Assembly: GCA_040219255.1 (NCBI GenBank)
Contig: JAVJSW010000065.1
Coordinates: forward strand, 58,059 to 122,058
Source of the DNA: Sumerlaeia bacterium
GTDB taxonomy: Bacteria > Sumerlaeota > Sumerlaeia > SLMS01 > JAHLLQ01
Direction of reading: 5' to 3'
DNA: 64,000 bases
A program made the position numbers and the translations under genes. Positions 56,801 to 64,000 of this stretch are shown in pieces. The notes under the pieces are model-generated. The model made no database searches and was not told where the DNA came from. It saw only the letters and a list, made by a program, of their open reading frames with translations. The first letter of the stretch is position 1, and each line of letters starts with the position of its first letter.

Positions 56801-58231
56801 GCTGTTCCAGTCTCCGCGCGCAGGGTTCTCGCTGGCGGACACGATCCGAACTGGCATGGCTTCCGTGCCGAGAGCAACAAACTCGCCCCCCGCCTGAACA
56901 TCCCAACTCAGACCGCTGGTAAAGCCGCTGCCTCCCATCAGGACAACCACCCCGGCTTCGATCTCGAAACGCGCTCCGTCCACGACGGATAGGTTGCCTC
57001 CGCTGGAGAAGTAGTACGGAATGCCGCATTCGGTCAGGGTCGTCGCTCCCGTGATCGTTCCGTTTGTCACATGGATGACATCGCGCCCGGTATTCGAAAA
57101 GGAGAGGTCGCGATAAAACGGCGACATGTTCACGGTGCTTTGCCAAATCGGCCGTCCCGTGCAATGCTGAATTGACACGCGCTCGAACCGGGGCGCGATG
57201 CCCTCCGTCTGCAGTGCGATGCCGTCTCCTGAGCCGTGCTGGAACACACAGTCCCTCACATCGACATCCGAACTGTTAACTGCCATCAGGCGCGTTCCCG
57301 CGCCTCCATATTCGATGGTGCAATGCTGGAATCGTCCTGTGGCGCCTGGATTCAGGTCGATGCGGTTCCAGTAACCAGGGGTTGGATCGGCCTGAGCGGA
57401 CGTAATCCGGATTGGTTTCTCCGCAGAACCCATGGCGATCAGTGCGCCGCCAGCCTGGACATTCCAGGTCAGCCGCGAGCTGAACCCAGAACTCCCCATG
57501 AGCACCGTAACCCCAGGATCAAGCGTCAGGGAGCCCCCGTTCAAGACTTGAAGGTCGCCGCCAAATTCATAGAGGTAGGGCAGACCGCCATCATGCAGCC
57601 GCGCCGCTCCCGCGACGGCCGTGTTTCGAACAGTCATTCCATCGAAGCCATTTCCGCTTGCGGAGAGGAAGGCGTACTCCGGCGCCATGTCCGCCGTACC
57701 CTGGTAGATCGCGCTGTCCACCGATCCGGTGATCGTCAGAGCCTCAAACTCGGGAGCGATTCCAGCCCCATCGAGGTACACGCCATTGCGCAGGCTGTTC
57801 TGAATCGAGCAATTGCGCACCGTCGCATCCGACGTCTTGATGACCAGCGCTCCGTCCGTCTCGCCGCCCCTCAAGAGCAAGCAGTGGTCCATTTCGAAGG
57901 TCGAACCGAGAGCGGCCTCGATGCGACTCCAGTGGCTTCCTTCTGCCGAACTCACGAAGGTGATCGGTGCTCCGACAGACCCCCGGGCCACCATCGACCC
58001 ATCGGCGGAGATCGTGATTCCCCGTGATCGATCCATCTCAACCACCACCCCCGGCTCGATCGTCAGCGTCGCCCCGGAAGCCACCGTCACCCACTGCGTC
58101 ACCGAAATCGGGCTATCCGCCAACGCCCAGGTCGTATCGACCTGAAGCTCTTGAGCCCATGCGCCGCCAGCGCATAAGCCTCCGGCAAGAGCCGAATGGA
58201 AGATTACTTTGAGATCCTTCGAAAGCATCAT
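50863..58231 (-). pseudogene. Large secreted beta-helix surface protein, frameshifted at a C9 tract (~2,455 aa if restored)
   Basis: AAGGAG, signal peptide, five parallel beta-helix units (LT.DPGV...VQ.GG...G...PI...G.W), Ig-like, carboxypeptidase-regulatory-like and propeller-like segments. The 2225-aa frame ends at 51554; the conserved-looking DPNEKIGP...YTVLFEN...APAQ...LDWSTF domain and a DLNRDG..DVSDL tail continue in another frame to 50863. May be a sequencing error rather than a true pseudogene. Confidence 0.8.
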
Positions 58232-58674
58232 GTCCCAACTCCTTCTACCAGCCCCAATAAATACCTATTGGAACTGTCTTTTATAACCCTGACAACGCCT
58301 CTCTTTACCCCGTGGATCAACCGACGTCAACTGTTTACACATTGCGACCGAAGCCATCCTGTTTTACCGAATTGAGCCCCACTATAAAACAAAATAATTT
58401 ACTAAATACTCTTTCTGTTTGTCGATCCCAAAACCGAATGAAATCGATCTATTGATTTTCCCAAGCAGAGATCCTTGGCAAGTTCAGGGATCCCCGCATT
58501 CGATCTGCATCGCCCGGTGCAAAGCGATCCCGCACCGCCGCCTTCGAATCCAAGCATTTCTCCCCTTGATCCAAGAAACCCTTCGCCCTTAGTCACACGC
58601 GCTAGCCCGCGCCCGGTCACACTTGCCGGTTCTCGCGCGGGTCCATTTCCGACGAAGGGGTGACTCGCACCACG

Positions 58675-60063
58675 ATGTCCCACACCGATCACGATGCCTC
58701 TGTCGCTCAGCAGCAGGCCGACGATCCGTCCCTCATGAGCGCCAAAACTCTTCCGCCCAAAGCCAGCTACGAACCCGGTGGCAGCAGCCAAAAGCTTTCT
58801 CTGCGCCCCACCCCGCAGGAAGAGTTGCCCGAGAGCCGGCGCGGTGTGAAGAAGTGCGTGCTGGCCTATAGCGGCGGCCTCGACACCAGCGTCATGATTC
58901 CCTGGCTGATCGAAAACTACGGCTGCGAAGTCATCGCCTTCGCCGCCGACCTCGGCCAGGGCGGCGATATGGAATCGCTGCGCCAGAAGGCCATCGATAC
59001 CGGCGCCAGCAAGGTTTACATCGCCGACCTGCACGATGAATTCGTCCACGATTACATACTGCCCGCCATCCGCTCGAACGCCATGTACGAGGGCCGTTAC
59101 CCGATGCACACCAGCCTCGGCCGGCCGCTGATCGCCAAGCACATGGTGCGCGTGGCCCAGCAGGAAGGCGCCGACGCTGTGGCCCACGGCTGCACCGGCA
59201 AGGGCAACGACCAGTGCCGCTTCGAATTCACGTTCATGGCCCTGGCGCCGGAGATGCGCATCATCGCCCCGCTGCGCGAGTGGGAAATGACCTGCCGCGA
59301 CGACGAGTTCGCGTACGCCGAGGCCCGCGGAATCCACCTGCCTATCAGCCGCGAGAAGCCTTACTCGATCGACAAGAACATTTACGGCTGCGCCATCGAG
59401 TGCGGCGACCTGGAAGACCCCTGGAACGTGGCGCCGGAGACGGCTTTCCAGGACACCAAGAATCCCGTGACGGCCCCCAACGAGCCGCAGGATGTGGTCG
59501 TGTCCTTTGAGAAGGGCGTCCCCGTGGCCATCAATGGCGAGGCTATGGGCCTGCGCGAAATCATCGAGCACCTGACCACGACCGGCAACATCCATGGCAT
59601 CGGCCGCATCGATATGGTGGAAAACCGCCTGGTGGGCATCAAGAGCCGCGAGGTCTATGAAGCCCCCGCCGCCACGATTCTGCTGGCCGCGCACCGCGAA
59701 ATCGAATCGCTGGTGCACGATAAGGAAACCCTGCGGTTCAAGGAAATGGTCGAGCAGAAGTTCATCGACATCATCTACAACGGCCTGTGGTTCAGCCCGC
59801 TTCGCGATGCCCTGCAGGCCTTCGTCGAGCAGTCCGATGAGATGGTCACCGGCGACGCGAAAATCCGCCTCTTCAAGGGCAGCGCCCGCCCCATCGCTCG
59901 CCGTTCGCCCAACTCGCTCTACGACCGCGAACTGTCCACCTACGAGGCCGACGACAAGTTCGACCACAGCAAGGCCGAAGGCTTCATCCGCCTCTACGGC
60001 ATGCCGCTGGCCGTGTCGGCCCGCCGCCAGCGCCGGTACATGGAGAACAGCGGCAAGGGGTAA
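58675..60063 (+). CDS. argG: Argininosuccinate synthase
   Basis: VLAYSGGLDTS, YEGRY, RPLIAK, AHGCTGKGNDQ, YSIDKN, GIGRIDMVENRLVGIKSREVYEAP. Start uncertain (58660, 58675 or 58846). Confidence 0.97.
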   Translation: MSHTDHDASVAQQQADDPSLMSAKTLPPKASYEPGGSSQKLSLRPTPQEELPESRRGVKKCVLAYSGGLDTSVMIPWLIENYGCEVIAFAADLGQGGDMESLRQKAIDTGASKVYIADLHDEFVHDYILPAIRSNAMYEGRYPMHTSLGRPLIAKHMVRVAQQEGADAVAHGCTGKGNDQCRFEFTFMALAPEMRIIAPLREWEMTCRDDEFAYAEARGIHLPISREKPYSIDKNIYGCAIECGDLEDPWNVAPETAFQDTKNPVTAPNEPQDVVVSFEKGVPVAINGEAMGLREIIEHLTTTGNIHGIGRIDMVENRLVGIKSREVYEAPAATILLAAHREIESLVHDKETLRFKEMVEQKFIDIIYNGLWFSPLRDALQAFVEQSDEMVTGDAKIRLFKGSARPIARRSPNSLYDRELSTYEADDKFDHSKAEGFIRLYGMPLAVSARRQRRYMENSGKG

Positions 60064-60158
60064 GCGTAACGGTGCCAGGTGCATAGTACAGGGTACAAGG
60101 TCACTCAGCCCAGGCCCGAAACCTTTGTACTTTGAACCTGAAAATTTGAACGATTCGC

Positions 60159-60203
60159 CGGCCCCCGCCCTCGAAATCCGAGCGCGGGGGCCGCTCCGTT
60201 TTT
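60159..60203 (+). terminator. Intrinsic terminator-like hairpin after argG
   Basis: CGGCCCCCGC...GCGGGGGCCG 10-bp stem with inner CTCG/CGAG pairing, then CTCCGTTTTT. Confidence 0.6.
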
Positions 60204-60302
60204 ATCCCTTGGAGCGCCTCAAAGAAAAATTCCCGTTGCAGAGCTTCTCCCAAAGCCTCATGCCCTCGCGGTTGAGCTATGAATCGCGAAGGAGATCGCA
60301 GG

Positions 60303-61544
60303 ATGACACAATCTGGTACCGCCCCCGCCGAGGACATCGACGCCGAAAAGGTTTGGGAGGCCGCTAACGCCCTCCGTCAAGACATTACCGAGTTCATGAT
60401 GGATGTCGTCAGCATCCCTTCCCTGTCCATGCAGGAAGGCGACGTCATCAAGCGCATCGAACGGGAAATGGTCCACGTCGGTTTCGACGAGGTCAAAATC
60501 GACGCCATGGGCAACTGCCTCGGCCGCATCGGCCATGGCAAGACCGTGATCCTGATGGACGCCCACATCGACACCGTGGACGTCGGCGATCCCGCCGAGT
60601 GGAAAAACAACCCGCCCTATCCCGCCACCCTGAACGACGGTGTGATCTATGGCCGCGGCGCCGCCGATCAGAAGGGCGGCATCGTGGGCCTCGTTTATGG
60701 CGCCAAGCTCATCAAGCAACTCGCACTCGAAGGCGACTTCACCGTTTGGGTTCTCGCCTCCACCCTCGAGGAAGACAGCGACGGCATCGCCCTGCTGCAC
60801 GTGATCGAGACCGAGGGCATCAAGCCCGACTATTGCCTGGTGACCGACTCCACGGATATGAACCTGTACCGGGGTCAGCGCGGCCGCATGGAGATTTCCA
60901 TCACGATCAAGGGCCGATCCTGCCACGGCTCCGCCCCCGAGCGCGGCGACAACGCTGTCACCAAAGCCGCCCCCATCGTCCTCGATATCGATCAACTGAA
61001 CCACCGCCTGAGCAACGACGACTTCCTGGGCAAGGGCACCATCTGCGTCTCCAAGATCGAGTGCAAAACGCCGTCGCTCTGCGCCGTGCCGGGCGAGGCG
61101 ACCGTCTATTGCGATCGGCGTCTGACCATCGGCGAAACGCCGGAGGGAGCCTTGGACGAAATCCGAGGCCTGGAAAGCGTCAAGAAGGCCGGCGCCGTCG
61201 TCGAGATGCTCCAGTACAAGGCCACCTGCTGGAACGGCTACGAAATTGGCCAGGAGAAGTTCTATCCCTCCTGGGTCGTCGAGGAAGATCACCCGCTCGT
61301 GCAGACGGGTGTGGAGTGCGCGCGTCTGTCGAAAAAGACGCAGAGCGAAAAGGCTGGCCGCTGGATTTTCAGCACAAACGGCGTAGCCTGCTGCGGCCGC
61401 CTGGGCATTCCGACCATCGGCTTCGGTCCCGGCGCGGAAGCCGACGCCCACACCGTGAACGAAAAATGCTCGGTCGATGACCTGGTCACCGCCGCGACGT
61501 TCTATGCCATGTTCCCCCGGATGTTGGTGAAGGCTATCCAGTAA
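60303..61544 (+). CDS. M20 metallo-hydrolase, YgeY-like
   Basis: DAHIDTV, YGRGAADQKGG, LEEDSDG, RGQRGRME, SCHGSAPERGDNA, SLCAVP, FSTNGV, GFGPG.E..AH; GAAGGAG before ATG 60303. Confidence 0.88.
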   Translation: MTQSGTAPAEDIDAEKVWEAANALRQDITEFMMDVVSIPSLSMQEGDVIKRIEREMVHVGFDEVKIDAMGNCLGRIGHGKTVILMDAHIDTVDVGDPAEWKNNPPYPATLNDGVIYGRGAADQKGGIVGLVYGAKLIKQLALEGDFTVWVLASTLEEDSDGIALLHVIETEGIKPDYCLVTDSTDMNLYRGQRGRMEISITIKGRSCHGSAPERGDNAVTKAAPIVLDIDQLNHRLSNDDFLGKGTICVSKIECKTPSLCAVPGEATVYCDRRLTIGETPEGALDEIRGLESVKKAGAVVEMLQYKATCWNGYEIGQEKFYPSWVVEEDHPLVQTGVECARLSKKTQSEKAGRWIFSTNGVACCGRLGIPTIGFGPGAEADAHTVNEKCSVDDLVTAATFYAMFPRMLVKAIQ

Positions 61545-61577
61545 GCTCGATCCCCTGCCTCTCGGCATAGGTGCTTC

Positions 61578-61614
61578 CGCCCGCCAGACCAGCATCCGGC
61601 GGGCGTTCTTTTTT
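61578..61614 (+). terminator. Rho-independent terminator
   Basis: CGCCCGCC...GGCGGGCG stem followed by TTCTTTTTT. Confidence 0.8.
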
Positions 61615-61749
61615 GCCTCCGGCTTTCAACCCCTTGGTGCCCCTGACTTGAGGATAATTCCCGTCTCAAAAGTTTTGCTTGGAAATCGCTCCCAACCGAG
61701 GCTACAAAGAGAGAAGATAAAATAAACCCTCGAAGATACCACCCGAGCG

Positions 61750-63609
61750 ATGAACCCGCCTCCGTCCAGCGTTTACGAGACCATCTTCCACCAGACCTAT
61801 CAGTTCATCGGTCTCCTGAAACCCGATGGCACCGTCTCGACCGTCAACAAGACCGCGCTCGACGCCGCCGGGGTGACCCTTGCGGAGGTCGTCGGCATGC
61901 CCTTCTGGGAAACGCCTTGGTGGCGGTCTTGCGCCGAGGCCCGGGCGACCCTGAGGGAAGCCATCCGCCACGCCGCGGCGGGAAAATGCCTCACCTACGA
62001 AACGGAAAACGCTGGGCAGGACGGCAAACCCTTCTCCGTCAATTTTTCCATCAAACCCCTCTACGATCACGATGGCCGCATCGAATGGCTCCTGGTCGAG
62101 GGCAACGACATCCGTGAACTCGCCGAATCGCGCCAACTCCTCGCCGAACGAGAAGAGCTTCTCAATCAGTTTGTCCGCCACGTTCCCGCGCCCATTTCAA
62201 TCTTCAGCCTCGATGGCGAATGCCTAGCCAGCAGCCAGCACTGGATCGACTACCTGACGCGCCATCTGCCCCGCGCCAACCTCGACGCAAACCTCAGCCG
62301 CTTTCCCGAAGACTTTCTGTTTTCCTGGTCCGAGTTGCGCCAGGTCCTTACTGGCCGGCCCATCGCCTCCGGCACGCGAACCCTGCCCTCCCGGGTCTCC
62401 GATGACGGCATCCACGCCGCCTGGATCGCCACGCAATTTCACCAGGACAACGGCCCCAACTATATCGTCGTCGCCCTCAATGACATCTCCCAACTGACCG
62501 AGGAGGCGCTGAGGTCCAAGACCAGCGAACTCAAACTTCGAACTGTCTTCGAGACCGTTTCCGCCGTGATCCTCGTGCTCGACATGGAGGGCCGGATCCT
62601 CGACCTCAACCCTGCCGCCGAGGCCCTCTACGAAGTCTCGCGAGAGGACGCCATCGGTCTCAATTACATGGACCATTTCGTCAGCCGCGAAGTTCGCCAG
62701 CGGATCGAAGCCGCCAATTTCCCCAAACTGCAGGCCGGACAGCGCATCGAATCCTTCGAAAACCCCATCGTCACCCGCTCCGGCCAGGAGCGCGAAATGA
62801 TCTGGAACATCACCCCCATCAACTTCGCCGGACCGGGACCGGCCGAACTCTACTGCTTCGGTCTCGACATCACCCACCTCAAGGAAATCCAGGAAAAGCT
62901 CGAGCTGCAAACCGCGACTCTCGAACAATCCAATCGCGACCTCCAGCAATTCGCCTACATCGCCTCCCACGATCTGCAGGAACCGCTGCGCATGGTGGCC
63001 AGTTACCTCCAACTCATCGAAAAACGCTACGCCGAGCGCCTCGGCCCCGACGGCCTTGAATTCCTCGCCTTCGCCGTCGATGGCGCCAAGCGCATGAAAA
63101 CCCTCATCCAAGCCCTTCTCGACTACTCCCGCATCGAATCGCAAGGTCAGCCCTTTCAACCCGTCGCACTCGACGAATGCGTCGACGCGGCACTGCGTCA
63201 TCTCGGGCCACGAATCGAGGAATCGGGGGCCCGCATCGATCGGCAGCCCCTGCCGACCATTTCGGGCGACCCGTCCCAAATGACCCAGGTTTTTCAGAAC
63301 CTGCTGTCGAACAGCCTCAAATTCCAGCCATCGGGCCAACAGCCCCGCATCTCCATCTGGTCCAAGCAAGCGGAGGGTATCGCGGAACTCGAATTCCACG
63401 ACAACGGCATCGGCATCCCCCAGCCTCATCGGGAACGCATTTTTCAGATCTTCCAGCGCCTTCACGGCCGCGACCAATTTCCCGGCACCGGCATCGGACT
63501 CGCCGTCTGCAAACGGGTCATTGAACGCCACAACGGGACCATCCGCGTCGAACCCTCCGACCGCCCAGGCACCACCTTCCGCCTGACTTTTCCGAGAAAA
63601 GACCCCTGA
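61750..63609 (+). CDS. Cytoplasmic multi-PAS sensor histidine kinase (Cph1-like kinase module)
   Basis: PAS domains ([10 protein letters not shown]; [14 protein letters not shown]), H-box [40 protein letters not shown]; no TM helix evident. Confidence 0.93.
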   Translation: MNPPPSSVYETIFHQTYQFIGLLKPDGTVSTVNKTALDAAGVTLAEVVGMPFWETPWWRSCAEARATLREAIRHAAAGKCLTYETENAGQDGKPFSVNFSIKPLYDHDGRIEWLLVEGNDIRELAESRQLLAEREELLNQFVRHVPAPISIFSLDGECLASSQHWIDYLTRHLPRANLDANLSRFPEDFLFSWSELRQVLTGRPIASGTRTLPSRVSDDGIHAAWIATQFHQDNGPNYIVVALNDISQLTEEALRSKTSELKLRTVFETVSAVILVLDMEGRILDLNPAAEALYEVSREDAIGLNYMDHFVSREVRQRIEAANFPKLQAGQRIESFENPIVTRSGQEREMIWNITPINFAGPGPAELYCFGLDITHLKEIQEKLELQTATLEQSNRDLQQFAYIASHDLQEPLRMVASYLQLIEKRYAERLGPDGLEFLAFAVDGAKRMKTLIQALLDYSRIESQGQPFQPVALDECVDAALRHLGPRIEESGARIDRQPLPTISGDPSQMTQVFQNLLSNSLKFQPSGQQPRISIWSKQAEGIAELEFHDNGIGIPQPHRERIFQIFQRLHGRDQFPGTGIGLAVCKRVIERHNGTIRVEPSDRPGTTFRLTFPRKDP

Positions 63610-63611
63610 TC

Positions 63612-63894
63612 GTGCCGACATCGTTTTCAAGCCTCCCAACCGTCCTGCTGGTCGAAGACAACCCCGGCGATGTTCGCCTCACGCTGGAAGCCTTCAAGCT
63701 CAGCGGCCGTTCAACCCACCTGCAAGTCGTCCACGACGGCGAGGAGGCGCTTCAATATCTGCGCCGCCTCCCGCCTTATGAAGCGGCCAATCGGCCCGAC
63801 CTCATCCTCCTCGATCTCAATCTCCCGCGCCTCGGCGGACGGGAAGTCCTTGACCGAATCAAAACTGACCCTCATCTTAGAGCCATTCCCGTCC
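63612..63894 (+). CDS. Rcp1-like response regulator, truncated by a fold-back inversion
   Basis: [41 protein letters not shown]; the expected Thr/Ser and Lys-Pro half of the receiver is missing. Confidence 0.88.
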
Positions 63895-64000
63895 GCCGAG
63901 GCGCGGGAGATTGAGATCGAGGAGGATGAGGTCGGGCCGATTGGCCGCTTCATAAGGCGGGAGGCGGCGCAGATATTGAAGCGCCTCCTCGCCGTCGTGG
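63731..64000. repeat. Perfect inverted duplication (63731-63845 vs 63886-64000, 40-nt spacer)
   Basis: 63886-64000 is the reverse complement of 63731-63845 and continues to the window edge. Confidence 0.95.

Noticed and set aside
60303-61544. Selenium-dependent purine catabolism cluster
   Set aside because: Only a YgeY-like gene and a distant deaminase are present; no ygeW, ssnA, xdh or sel genes recognised in the window.
61750-63609. Bacteriophytochrome
   Set aside because: The kinase module is Cph1-like, but no GAF/PHY chromophore region (DIP motif) is present.

Overview
High-GC bacterial chromosomal segment with no rRNA, CRISPR array or intact mobile element. Pro/Thr linkers, a dockerin-like tail and a Trp-containing C-terminal tail are compatible with Sumerlaeota/BRC1, but this is inference only. 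Left to right: (1) an ORF absent from the supplied track (1119 to <1, minus) encoding a transglutaminase-fold protein whose catalytic Cys position is Asp, directly downstream of a ~6,550-aa secreted mosaic protein (QW-repeat alpha/alpha toroid, ~12 CARDB-like repeats, vWA, Ig-like repeats, PT linkers, choice-of-anchor A, two CBM3); (2) UDP-GlcNAc 2-epimerase, GT2 and GT-C genes; (3) an orphan VapB-like antitoxin followed by a low-GC KAP NTPase that runs into the 3' end of ftsK; (4) a probable serine palmitoyltransferase and tRNA-Ser(CGA); (5) a Ddl-like ATP-grasp/DmpA peptidase fusion overlapping an acetylpolyamine-amidohydrolase-like HDAC gene; (6) an amidohydrolase, a secreted metzincin and DUF1622; (7) treS-otsB-mscS-otsA, with an altered TreS motif; (8) a beta-lactamase-like hydrolase, DUF4914, and a large beta-helix surface protein split by a frameshift in a C9 tract; (9) argG, a YgeY-like M20 hydrolase, a PAS histidine kinase and a response regulator cut by a fold-back inversion at the window end. 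Best candidates for undescribed systems: the giant adhesin/pseudo-transglutaminase pair and the ligase-peptidase-deacetylase operon. All family calls come from motif recognition by eye, not from database searches.
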